Shown: positions 50,254 to 62,550, counted from the whole stretch's first letter. The stretch is DNA of 62,752 nt, filler included, from Basidiobolus ranarum (GCA_040143965.1; 24 parts of 24 records of this genome joined end to end with filler, not necessarily neighbours in it); one strand, 5' to 3'. Notes: a model not told the origin generated them from the sequence alone. Made by a program: numbers and translations.

Positions 50254-50776
50254 TGATGCTTTTATGAGGATAGAGATGCTTGTATTGGGATGGATTGTTT
50301 ACTTTTTACTAATCAAAGAAGCTGAGCACCTGCATTTTATACATAATTATGACGATTGCTGGACTATTCGATGAATCAGCCATTACTAATATACCTGTAA
50401 TTGCGTGATTATGGAAGTGCATTTTCAAATTTTAGATCAAACCTTATTCGCGTATACTAATCCCTTCGAACTCAATTAAATGTAGTGTAATGCTCAGTGT
50501 GCAATGTATATCCTTTTGTGGAATTTGAGTGATCGTTGGTGGGATTACTAAAAATTGAATTAGCGGGATAACCAGTGGGTGGGATCGGCGGGATAACTAA
50601 ATCGAGGTGGAGAAACCATCTGAGATACAAAAGGTAATTGGTCCTCGGACATTCAGATATATTGAGAACTTGAGGGAGGTCTAAATTTTTGGAACAATCC
50701 AATGACACACAACATTTTAAGTTGACACCAAATGTGTTCAGCTTCCAATTTTGATACAGTACATTGCAATGCAAAA

Positions 50777-50849
50777 CGACCCGGGTGGGGGTCGAACCCA
50801 CGACTTTCTCCTCCGGAGGGAGACACTCTTTCCACTGAGCTACAGGGCC
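50777..50849 (-). tRNA. tRNA-Arg(CCG)
   Basis: 73-nt cloverleaf; TCTCC-CTCCGGA-GGAGA anticodon arm; GTGGG-TTCGACC-CCCAC T-arm; followed by TTTT. Confidence 0.92.
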
Positions 50850-52006
50850 TTTTCTTATATCGTTGGGCTGAGTTCCTGAGCTCAGTGTAACTTGGGATTT
50901 GACTCACTGAAAAATTGACAGATTATTTTGATTTTGTTGTGATATTTTTATTAACACATACTACAAAATAACACGCAGCGTCACAACCGGATATGTCTTA
51001 AGGATATCCTAGCTGCAATGTGATCGCCAGTAAATATCAACGCATGCAGCCCTAAACTAGTATATGTGCAACCTGTCTCGAATTCGTCGTGAGTTGTCCA
51101 AATTCGGTAGCATATATAGCGAGACGATTTGGCAATTTAATAGCTTCACAAGATGCCAGGATAATCATAGTATAAATGAAAATAGCTATCTATACTATAA
51201 TAATAATCAATATTATAATTTTCATCCACTCACAGATGTGCAAGTGTATATAATCTATGGACAGAGCAACAACTCCGGACTCTACTGCTACTAGTTCAAA
51301 AGCATTGTTCCAATTTTACTTAATATCCTGTTAGAGACGTTGGATATCTTCTAAAAACGATTGTTACGTTAATATCCTATCGGAGGCAATTACATATTTA
51401 CGATTCTAGACATTGAAAATCAACTGGATTAAACTAACTCTAAAATATATTCTTATGCACCATACCTCAGGTAAGAGTAATGGCTACGATTTTCTCCTCT
51501 TGAGGGAGATAATCCTTCCACGGAGTTCAGGTCTTATTTATTATTGATAGTCTCTTGAGTTATGTACAAAGATTTCAACTGGAGTTAACGATATGAGACG
51601 TTTGACGTACTCAGTCTTATTAATAATCGTGATATTTTCATTTTTTGTGGTTATTTATACATCTTAGGTTAAGGAAGTCATCATAGGCTCAAGTGCCTGT
51701 GGCTTTTTAGAGACTTTCACCTCTCGATCAAGGCAAACTTGAAAGCAGAAAACACATAGTTGATCACTTTGAACAGTGTTTGTAAGCTTAAGGATAGCAT
51801 ATGGCTAATACATAATTATAGACCTTAACTAATTAAGAAGGTTAGTGAATTAAGAAAGGTGCTATTATTTATTGAAATGAGGTAGGAAAGAACAAATATA
51901 TTAGTCAGATCTACATAATAATGGTCTTTAATTAATCAGGAAGACGAGTGAGCTAAGAAGAGTGCTATTATTTATTGAAATGAGGTAAGGGAGCGCAAAT
52001 ATGTTG

Positions 52007-52312
52007 TTAGATATGGTCAGCTGGTGAGAAGTTTTCGACCAAGAATTCAGTGATTTCGCTGAATTTGAAGTCAGGATACTTGCTGTTATCTAAAGCTGCA
52101 AATTGAAATTGACCATTCTCCACTTCGATGCCAAGATGTTCGTGAATAAACTCGCTGCTTTCCATATCTTCAAGATGCTTTAGGTCCGATTTCTCCACAT
52201 AGGTCACCGTAAGTGGAGCTTTGGTCACTTTCTTTATCAAATCGACTATTTGGTTCATGGTTGCACTATCCCCAGCAATATGATAGGTTCTGTTTTCACT
52301 TTGTGGGTCATC
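52007..52312 (-). CDS. NmrA-like family protein C-terminus (upstream tandem paralog)
   Basis: DDPQSENRTYHIAGDSATMNQIV..LDNSKYPDFKF..EFL. Confidence 0.8.
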   Translation of the reverse strand, partial: DDPQSENRTYHIAGDSATMNQIVDLIKKVTKAPLTVTYVEKSDLKHLEDMESSEFIHEHLGIEVENGQFQFAALDNSKYPDFKFSEITEFLVENFSPADHI

Positions 52313-52412
52313 NNNNNNNNNNNNNNNNNNNNNNNNNNNNNNNNNNNNNNNNNNNNTTAATTAATTAANNNNNNNNNNNNNNNNNNNNNNNNNNNNNNNN
52401 NNNNNNNNNNNN

Positions 52413-54924
52413 TTCCAACCATTGTATACATTGAACCAGGGATTCATTAGGGAACTCCTGACTTTGATTTGAGTCATTTTGAGCCAAATTGGATGAAATT
52501 TTGATTAATTTCACATTGGCAGCCATTGGTATTGATACTGGCTTGCTATTCTCCATGTTGAAGCATTTTAGAATATCTAGAATGTATCTAGACTGATTCA
52601 GCATGATTTTCTGATTGGGTTTATTTCTCTTGATTTGGATTCCAAGAAAATAACTTAATTCACTCATGTCAGTCATCTGAAATTGTTTTCATAGGTTCCT
52701 TTTTGTCGGATTAAGTTCTTCCAGAACATTTGTGGCTATGATTAAGTCATCCACATTTAGTGCCAAGATCAGGATCCTATTTCTGGTTGCTTCAATGTAT
52801 ATACTGTGATCTGCTGTGAATTTTTAGAATTCTAGTGATTCCAAATAGGTATTTATCTTGTTGTACCAAGCCCTGGGTGGTAGCTTGAGTTCATATAGCA
52901 ATTTTTGCAGTTTACAGACCATTTCAGGGTGTTTTGAGTCAATAAATCCATCCTGTTGCTCCATATAGATCTCTTCTTCTAGATTCCCCTTCAGGCAGAC
53001 TGTTTCTATATCCATTTGATGTAAATCAAGGTAATGATGGCTGAGAGTGCCAGGATTGTTCCAATGGAGCTAAACTTAGCAACTAGAGAAAACATTTCAT
53101 TAAAACAACTCATGGAGTTTGGGAATGACCTTTTGCAACTAATCTTGTGCTGCACCATTCTATGGTTCCATCAGCTTGGTTGTTGACTTTACAGACCCAT
53201 TTGCAACTGATTTGCTTTCTCCCCCAAGGTAGAGAACTTAAAACCCACATCTTATTGTTCTCAAGTGAAGAAAACTCATTGGACATTGCTTTTTCCCAAA
53301 ATTTGATACTGGACACCACAGACCTGGATCATAAGTCTGTGGCTTGTCACAGAATGCTGCATAAGCATAAAAATTATCATTAGAAGTGTCCCACCAGATT
53401 CCTTGTTAATATCTCCTGCTAGATGATCTTCTGGGTCCTGAATCATCCACTGATGTAATTGGGACTGTGTTTTGGTTGAATAGGGTTGAGATACAGCTGG
53501 AATCTTGTCAGAAACTTCCTCAATAGTGCTTATTGTGTTTTCTGGATCAGGCACTGTGATTTGAGGTGACTTTATTGTTTTTTCAGCAAACACAACATCT
53601 CTGCACTTAGTTAACTTCTGATTTTTGGTATCAAACAGTGCATAGGTCCAAAATCCATCACAGTAACCATGAAATATGCATTTTCTGCTTTCTGGTTCCA
53701 ATTTGGAGAGTTTTTGAGCTGGAATTAGGCAACTTGCTGTGCAACTAAAGATCCTGAGATGAACCACACTTAGTTTTGTTTCATATAGGGCTTCAAATGT
53801 AGTAGAAATCTGTAGCAATCTTGTTGGGCATCTATTTTTAATATAGACTCCAGTGGAGACAGATTCAGCCCAGTATTGGTAATCAAACTTTTTCTATGTA
53901 ACATGAATCTTGGTATGTCCACTATGGTCCTATTAGCATGTTCTGCAACTCTATTTTGGCATGGGGTATAAGGTACAGCAGTTATCTGCTTAATTCCATT
54001 TTTAAGACCAAAACTAATAAAGTCTTTAGATCAGTATTCTCCACCATTGTCACTCCTTAGTACCCTTGTTTTTTGTGCTGATTCTTTCTCTGCCATTGTT
54101 TTGTAGTGCTTGAATGTAGCTAAGGCTTCAGATTTGATTTGGGAAAGAATACCTAAGTAATTCTTGTCTTGTCATCAATAAACATTATAAAGCACCTTTT
54201 CCCACCTAGTAAGACATTTTTCAGAGATACGCAAAAGGGTAGAATGAATCCTGGCAAGATTCTGAGTGGATTTGATCTCTTCAGGGCTTGAACATGGCGG
54301 AATGTGTTGTTTTCAATATATGCAACCTCCTCACATATCCGAATTAGTGATATTTGCAATTTCATAGTCTCAAACAAGCTGATGTAGGATCATTTGGGTC
54401 AGTTTTTGCTCCCCAATATGGCCTTATCATTTATGCCACATTTGACAGCTTATTTCACTGCTTTTGGCCCAGTTTGCATGCTCAGAATACAATATGTTGA
54501 TTACAACTTGTTTAAGTTTTGAGTTTTGATCCTAGTTGCTAATTTGGTATTATTCTGTTCTGTGAGAGTGCATCCAGCCTGGCTGACCAAGAATTTTAGT
54601 CCTTGAGTTGCTTCTTGGCTTACTGAGAGTAGATTCTTGGCTACATTGGGTACATAGAGTACATCATCCAATTTTGGATATGGTCCAGCTGTACTTTGGT
54701 CCAAATTGAGCACAACTATGCCCTTACCTACTGTATTTAGTGCACAGTCATCACTCAAGTACTCTTTCCTTGCTTGCATGGGTTTTAAGCTGGAAAACCA
54801 ATCTTTCTTGTTTGACATATGCTGCAAAGCTCCTGAATCAACAAACCATGTGTCTGAGTCTTCTTTAGTGGTTACTGAGAGGACAGACACAAAAACATGA
54901 TCTCTATCAATACTTAATTGATTT
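52413..54924 (-). mobile_element. Copia family B pol relic (protease-like, integrase, RT)
   Basis: WFVDSGALQHM, FIDDKTR, SDNGGEY, KLEPESRKCIF, RLVAKG, QMDIETVCLKG.LEEEIYMEQ, LNVDDL. Confidence 0.93.
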
Positions 54925-55024
54925 NNNNNNNNNNNNNNNNNNNNNNNNNNNNNNNNNNNNNNNNNNNNTTAATTAATTAANNNNNNNNNNNNNNNNNNNN
55001 NNNNNNNNNNNNNNNNNNNNNNNN

Positions 55025-55211
55025 CTGGTATACGTAAGTAGAAAGCAAAGCAAAGCAATGGAAGTGTGTTTATTATGGATGACTAATGAAGTGTTTATTT
55101 CTTATTAGATATATTGAATATAAAGAGAAGGAACGCAAAGCCAAGTCGAAGCCACAAATGCCAAGTGAACAACAACAGCATTTAATTACTATAAAAACCG
55201 AAAAAATCTGA
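55025..55211 (+). CDS. Last exon of a gene, possibly a nucleotide-sugar transporter
   Basis: GTAAGT..CTAAT..TAG intron; spliced frame WYTYIEYKEKERKAK.. ends TGA at 55211; family guess is weak. Confidence 0.45.
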
Positions 55212-57635
55212 GGCTCTCAAGTGCTCATTACAAATCCTATACAATACGTCCGAAATCTAAATGACGACAACACTTTTTGTCATGACCATTTGTCCTCATT
55301 GTTTTAATCATATCCACTCCCACTTCCTGACATTACAAATTTCAATATTTATCTGAATTTTTCTTGTACAACAACTAACCCTTCTTTTGCACCTTTTAAC
55401 ACATTACCCGCAATTGAAGTAGAGACCTAAATACTCAATGATTCAGGTTAAATTGTAATTCCACCCTTCCGTGATCTTGACTATCCACTAGGGTAATCCC
55501 ATTTCTCTTTGATAGCCTCCTTAGTTTCTTTGAACTCTCTCAGTTTCATATATTATGTATAATAGTACCACGAATTACCATTTTTATTTCACCATCGTTT
55601 CATCCTTCTATTTGTCCTACTTACCGTGAGTCCATAATAGTCGGGATTAAAAGCTGCATTCATTAAATCCATTATTGACTCAACCACTAAGTAAAACCGA
55701 TTGTTTTCATCATACCAAATAAGGTTTACACCTCTTATTATCCTGATTTGATTTCATTGATGTGAAAGCCATGAATGCGATGAATGAATGTGATTCCCAA
55801 CATTTAAATATTCCATCAATCCACTTACTATGATGTAGATATTACAAGTTGCTTGGCAATAGCTATCGTATATATCTAACGAAATTGTATATAGTAGAAT
55901 ATTATATTCAGGAATCCGATTTCTCGGGTACACAATGACTCAGCAATGTAAGATGAATGGGCAACATACGATTACCTTGACCAAATATGGAAGATAAATT
56001 AAATTCAACAATCCTGACAACGATTCAGTAATTGTTGGAGTACCGCACCTCAGGTCCAATCATCCACTCTAATATTTCTACTTGAGGCAAGGAGGTTAGG
56101 TGATGATGAAGTATATCTCTTTAACTCGGTTTAAGGTTACAAAGGTTGTCTATTCGCATCCATACCGCATTCCAGCAGTCATTGGTTGTCCATGTTTCTT
56201 GCATATGAGGAGATCTGATAGTAAGATGGAATTCAATCTCCTTTTGTCTCGATCACAAATACGCCGAATCAACCGCCAATCTAGTCGCCATATATAGCTC
56301 TGATTTTCATCGTATTCCTCTTCAATGATGTTGGTCTCTATTCGAAGACTCTCAGACTTCTCTGCGCAAGTGTTGGGTGGTTTAAAGGAGCTTCAGTTAA
56401 CCTGGCTTTGGGGCTAGAAAGGTTACACACAAGTCATCTAATATAATCTATATCTGAAACCAACATTATACACTAAATGATCGGTAATACAGGCGTAAGA
56501 TGAATGGTAAGATGAATGAGAGTAACTCGATGATGGAGCAACTCTGTTACTGTGCTAGTTCTACTCATGTACCTGACTTGATCCGAGGGATTTTTTAATA
56601 TCCAAACTGGACCAATATCCACCATAACTCGTACAGTAACTCGCACAATAATTCTTACATATTACTTAATGTCAACAGCAGTTAGAATCATATGTGACTC
56701 ACTAATCATATTGACGGTGCGTTTCAGAAATCAATATCTGAGTAATGAGCGATTACTGGCATGGATAATGAATATACCACCTGAAGAACGATTACTGGTA
56801 CGGAAAATGAATATACCACCTTGATAAGAGTTTGGACGTCACATCCGATTGACTACACTTCATGGTAATCCACTATAGAGCTAAACCCAGGCATGCTCTC
56901 GTGTATTGGACGTTATCAAAGCAGTGTATCGGAAGGTTACATTCGGTGCGATATGAATGGATATCGTACTGCACAAGTAATCGATGATGCAAATTCGTCC
57001 AACGTTAGATTAAATTTGAGTGAAGCACTAACCACAATTAAAGCAGCTAAACAGTGGCTAACCATAACCACAACACTATCACCACCACTAGCACCCGCAC
57101 TAAGATGTGTATCATGATGGGATTTAACTCTGCAGGTGGCTACACAAACCAATATTTAATGATGTATTCAATTTCCTAGTTCGGTTTCCTATTTCACCCA
57201 CCCTTGCCAAATTGGTAGATGCATATAGTGGTCAGAAGATTGGTTTGGAAAGAATGTATAGTAAAATTCTAGTTGTATTTCCTAAAAGAGATAGAGCCAT
57301 TGGTGCCATAGCCCTTCATTATGTGTTAATGAGGATTTACCCCATACGTCGTTGATCGCTAACATTGGAGTGAAAAAAAACCAAGCCAGAGTAATTAACA
57401 TAGTTACCGGCTTCGCACTATGGTAGACACCTCCGGGAACAATTGATGGGGGGGGGTTCCCCTTGAAACCCCCAAAATTCTTAGCATGTGAAGAAACGGG
57501 TTCTTTGGTCATCCCGAAGTCTATATTCTAATTATNNNNNNNNNNNNNNNNNNNNNNNNNNNNNNNNNNNNNNNNNNNNTTAATTAATTAANNNNNNNNN
57601 NNNNNNNNNNNNNNNNNNNNNNNNNNNNNNNNNNN

Positions 57636-58291
57636 ATACTCCTCAAGGCATGAACTCGAGTTCACATTTACCCTGAAGCCATTTTTATGAGAATAAATAG
57701 ATTCACTCTTCCTTATTTCTGTTCCACCAATAACCAAAACGTCTTTACATTGGGTAGTTGAAACAAAGCTTACAAGGCCTTGCAGAGTGTCATTTCTTAA
57801 ACCTCCAAGATAGGTACAGTCTTTGCCTTCCGTAATGCACAGATTGGAAACGCCAATTTTTGCCTTATTTAGGGTTCGGTAGGCATCATCATGATTTACT
57901 TTAGCATCACTTAGCGGTGGAATCCCATGGGATCGACAAGCACAATTTGGAGCTCCAGGTATCCATTCTTCTTCCTTAAGCATGTGAGCATATGGAACGT
58001 AGCCCTGAACATCTCCGTATGCTACTTTACTCCATACACTATGTGATTGTGTTAAGCTTTTTTGAAGGGACTATATAAAGGATGTTTGTACCTTGTTTCA
58101 TTGCTTTCTTTGTTCACAAGCTGACACGTAACCTTCACGGTGTTTCCTTTCTTTAGACTGGCTACTTTGGAGCTTTGGAATGTAGAATCGCTGTAGATAT
58201 TTGAATCCTGATTTATCACAAACTGGTCTATTACTTTTGCTGAAAAAGCGACATCAATCAGTAAGAGAAGAGACAAAATGAACTTTAACAT
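57636..58291 (-). CDS. Secreted protein: signal peptide, SH3b-like domain, GGTE..SHxNG domain; intron 58039-58091; 3' truncated
   Basis: MLKFILSLLLLIDVAFSA; LKKGNTVKVTC..VWSKV..GYVP; CTYLGGLR..VIGGTE..YSHKNGFRVN; 53-nt GT-AG intron fuses the two ORFs in frame. Confidence 0.78.
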
Positions 58292-59270
58292 AATGAATGC
58301 TTAACAACAAAAGTGGATGGATTATTTATTTTCACATTATATACAAAGGGCACTTGTACAACAAAACCTTCTCAAGCTCAAGATTATTATTTCGGCAGTA
58401 GTTTACCGACACATGAATTTGGTAATAGCTAAATCCTATCGTAAATACTATTTTTAGGGAAAGATTCTTTGTGAGATCTAACTGGTATTGCTAAAGATTA
58501 GGTTGACCAATCGAGTGCAACATTTGATTGATTCCCACCCTGTGGGTTGCACAATCTAGATCAGTGAAGCTTCCATGATTGATGTATACCTGTTACTCCA
58601 TCAATCACCACAGTGCTCAGATCGGATCGTGTATTATATATACTGAATCAGTCAAGAACTTGTACCCACTGTGTCTCGATATCAATTCTGTGGATTGGCA
58701 ATCTGTATCGCGCTATCAATAGATGCATTCTGTGTATTGGCTTCAAATTCGTAGTCGGTCTAGGTCGGTGTTCTCCAATAAACCAATATCTCACGTCTAT
58801 GATGATGTAACAGTTCTAAATACAAATATTGATATCAGGGCTAGGGTAGAGCTAGGATAAGTATTACTATAGCGCTTTGTAACTCTCCCTTGAATCGTTT
58901 CTCATTAATTGAATGGGCTAAACACCATATATTCATACTAAAATGGAGTAAATTACTTCAACCTGTGTTGCAAACCAGTTGACCAATTAGAACATGACTG
59001 ATGTGAAGTATATTGTAAGTCACCGATTCAAATGTAGTACCATGTATAATGTCGTGACAACGGTGTTTTTCTTGTGCAAACTGGATCATCTTTCCGATTA
59101 GATATACTACGACTTCCAATGTGCTTTTGTTGTTCTCCTAGTTACAATCAGGATGACGAACGCTATAACTTGGGGCGTAAGGCATTGAATGCTTTGATGC
59201 CACGAAAGCATAACATTATATAAAGGCTCGAAATATATTTCATGTAAGCATCAGATATTTTGACTGTAAG

Positions 59271-60056
59271 ATGTCCCAGGCAGGTATTTTCAAAGACGAC
59301 TACCATTCATCAACCGTAATCATCTGTGACATTCACACAGTAGACGTTGCCTCTGTGGGATCTAACACAGTTGCCCAGTCAGGGAAGTACGGAATTAACG
59401 CTGGATTCTTTGACAGCGGGGTACTATTATCTATCGCTTGCAGTTCAGGAGGGTTATCGGTCTATACCGGAGGTCACCGCAATGCCAAAACTAGGGGAAC
59501 TATGGTTTGCTACAAACTTCCTGATGGAAATTTTGGTGTTGAGGTGCCAGTTATTGGATTGTTTTCAGAATTCAAAAAACCAGAGAATAGTTCTATTCAA
59601 TGGGCCGTTGGAGGTTACAGTCTACACCTTGAATCAACTGATACTCCTGAAATTTTTATGAACAAGCTTCAGGAAAGCGAGAAAACCCAAGGAATATCAA
59701 ACGTTTTTCAAGGTGGGTTTTCACATCGCTCAGCTATTGGATATAGGAGAGAAGACAAAAAAATTGTATTAGCAAGTTTCTATTGCTCATCTGTTCTTGA
59801 AGTCCGTAATGTGCTGAAGAATGCCTACAAGTGTGATATCGCTATCATGCTGGATGGTGGGGGCTCTTCGCAAATATCTGGCGTAGAGCCATCCTTAATA
59901 TCTAGTAGAAACCCGAGAGGCATATATCACGAAAACTATTCCAACGGAAACCGTGGCATATATTCCATGGTCACCGTCAATAGTAGCAAATGGGGAGATG
60001 TAAGATCCCTCATTAAAAGTACTACTGAGAGCAAGACTATGTCTCGCTCATGCTGA
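59271..60056 (+). CDS. Phosphodiester glycosidase (NAGPA/EpsL-like) family protein, intronless
   Basis: YGINAGFF, RGT, WAVGG, RSAIG, AIMLDGGGSSQ; 261-aa intact ORF. Confidence 0.88.
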   Translation: MSQAGIFKDDYHSSTVIICDIHTVDVASVGSNTVAQSGKYGINAGFFDSGVLLSIACSSGGLSVYTGGHRNAKTRGTMVCYKLPDGNFGVEVPVIGLFSEFKKPENSSIQWAVGGYSLHLESTDTPEIFMNKLQESEKTQGISNVFQGGFSHRSAIGYRREDKKIVLASFYCSSVLEVRNVLKNAYKCDIAIMLDGGGSSQISGVEPSLISSRNPRGIYHENYSNGNRGIYSMVTVNSSKWGDVRSLIKSTTESKTMSRSC

Positions 60057-60244
60057 TGCAATGTATAATTCTCTGGTAAAGATCATGAATAAAAATACTT
60101 CTTAAGCATCTAACACTCTGGTTGTATACTGATGATCATCAATANNNNNNNNNNNNNNNNNNNNNNNNNNNNNNNNNNNNNNNNNNNNTTAATTAATTAA
60201 NNNNNNNNNNNNNNNNNNNNNNNNNNNNNNNNNNNNNNNNNNNN

Positions 60245-60600
60245 TTGAGTTCACTGACAAGGGCTTGACTGAGTGTACCAGCATAGGCATTGAAGTTCTC
60301 CAAGGCGAACTTGTTCTTTAGCTCGTTTTTAAGGGAGTTATTACCACTGCGACCACGGTTGTATTGGTCAAGCTTTGTCTTTAAGAATTGATCAACTAAG
60401 ACGAGAAGATATACATGTTAACACTGTGTTTCATACAATCGTCAGCATAAAAACACACTTTTACCTTTGTTAGAGTCAGCTCCCTCCTTGATCTTAACAA
60501 TATAGCGGTTTGAAACATCCACAATCTGAGCATCGGTAATAGATACAGCTAAAACGATAGCAACAAGAGATCCTAAGGCGAAGCAACGAATATTTACCAT
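60245..60600 (-). CDS. Subtilisin (S8, proteinase K-like) paralog 2: signal peptide and I9 prodomain; intron 60396-60464; 3' truncated
   Basis: MVNIRCFALGSLVAIVLAVSITDAQIVDVSNRYIVK; exon 2 matches paralog 1. Confidence 0.9.
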
Positions 60601-61303
60601 AGTGAGTTTGGCTTTGAGACGGAACTGATAGTTTGAATATTTGATCCTTCAACTTGAATTTATACATCCTGTTGTGCTATACATCATTACTCGGATTTAC
60701 TTTTAGAACCACCTAAGCAGGCATTGTCTCACAACATTTCGCACGATCTCCTGTTTTCGGTGTACATATCGATATCTAAGCACTCAGCTTCTACCCAAAT
60801 TAACTCATACTTACTACGACTGCTTGATACAGGAAACAAGGTTGATCTTTCACTAATTTTGTGAGGATGACACGAAACAATGAGAATATTTGGTGATAAT
60901 ACAATATATTTTCATATCGATTCAGATTGTTATTGTTACACATTTTTCTTAACCTTTCCCACTAGTTAGTTGGTGATACAGATTGATAAAATATATCTTT
61001 CCGCTGTGTATGCGCCCGTGTCGTCTATAGCCTATCCTTGAATCACTAGAGAATGCTATTCATTATTTTACAGAGCTCATAGTTAATATAACAGTATATG
61101 TGTCATATTCAGATTAACTGTAGAACTATTTTCCACATCAAGCATTTCTTAGATTTTTAGCTCGAATTATTGATTTTATTTTTTTGCAATTCACCTTTTA
61201 TCTTATTTTTTGAATACGAACTGTTTGATTCAATTAACTTTATTTCCTAAAATATTGTTACGGTGAACACCATTCGGAATACACTCCGAGCAACTAAAAT
61301 CAA

Positions 61304-62550
61304 TTATTGATTGGAGTTGAAAACCAAAAGATTGGGAGTAGTGCCCTTCAATCCTGTGATCACATTCTTGGTGGCCTTGGATACAAGTGCGGCGTATACT
61401 TGGGCAGGGGTACTCAAACCGCCTTGGGATAGGTACAGTGCGGCAACACCAGCAACATGAGGACTGGCCATACTGGTACCAGAGATCTTCTTGCTAGCTG
61501 AGGTACCTCCGATCCATGCCGAGGTGATATCTTGGCCCGGTGCTGAGAGTTTGACACATCTGCCGTAGTTGCTGAAGCTGGCGGCTCCGTCAGTGATGGG
61601 GGTGGCTCCTACTGCGAATGCTTGTCCAGCATTAGCTGGGGAGACATTGCAGGCATCTTGACTTTCGTTACCAGCAGCGACAATGAAGGTGACCCCAGCT
61701 TTGACTGCGGCATCAACTGCTTGCTTCAATGATTCGCTGTTACCACCGCCAAGTGACATGTTGGCAACACTCTTGCGACCACTGGTCTTGGCTTGCTGAG
61801 CTACCCAGTTGACTCCTGAGATGACGCCTGAGGTGGTACCACTGCCACTTCCACTGAGTACCTTGACACCAATGAGTTTGGCCTTCTTGGCTACACCATA
61901 GCTGGTTCCTCCAACCGTTCCAGAGACATGAGTTCCGTGACCATTGAGATCCTCAGTAGCCTCACCACTGATGAAGCTAACTGGTAGAGTTGCCCTGCCT
62001 CCAAAGTCAGAATGTTTGACATTGATTCCAGTGTCGATGATGTAAACATCAACTCCTTCACCAGCTGAGTCAGGGTAGTTGTATGGAGCATTGGTATTCA
62101 ATGCACGCTGGGAGACTCTAGGAAGACCCCAGCTGGGTGGGCTGTTTTGCGCTCCAGATACGGTGAACACTTGCTCAGCTTCAACATACTCGACGTCACT
62201 GTTAGTCTTGAGTTCACTGACCAGAGCTTGACTGAGTGTACCAGCATAGGCATTGAAGTTTTCCAAGGCGAACTTGTTCTTTAGCTCGTTTTTAAGGGAG
62301 TTGTTACCACTGCGACCACGGTTATATTGGTCGAGCTTTGTCTTTAAAAATTGGTCGACTAAATTAAGTTTATATACGTATTAGTGCTGCATCTCATGCT
62401 GATCCTATTACACATCACACTCATACCTTTATTAGAGTCAGCTCCTTCTTTGATCTTGACAATGTAACGGTTGGAAACATCAACGATTTGAGCTTCAGAG
62501 ATTGGTATAGCTAAAAGCACACAACTGGGAATTGAACCCAGGACCTTCAC
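61304..62550 (-). CDS. Subtilisin-like serine protease (S8, proteinase K-like); intron 62359-62426; start codon unresolved
   Basis: Catalytic triad IIDTG, HGTHV, GTSMASPHVAG; I9 prodomain RYIVK..VEYVE. Confidence 0.95.

Noticed and set aside
56750..56822. Two copies of a 39-bp direct repeat
   Set aside because: Only two copies; ordinary local duplication
57636..60144. Bacterial contaminant contig
   Set aside because: Contains a GT-AG intron with branch site and a long host-like intergenic region
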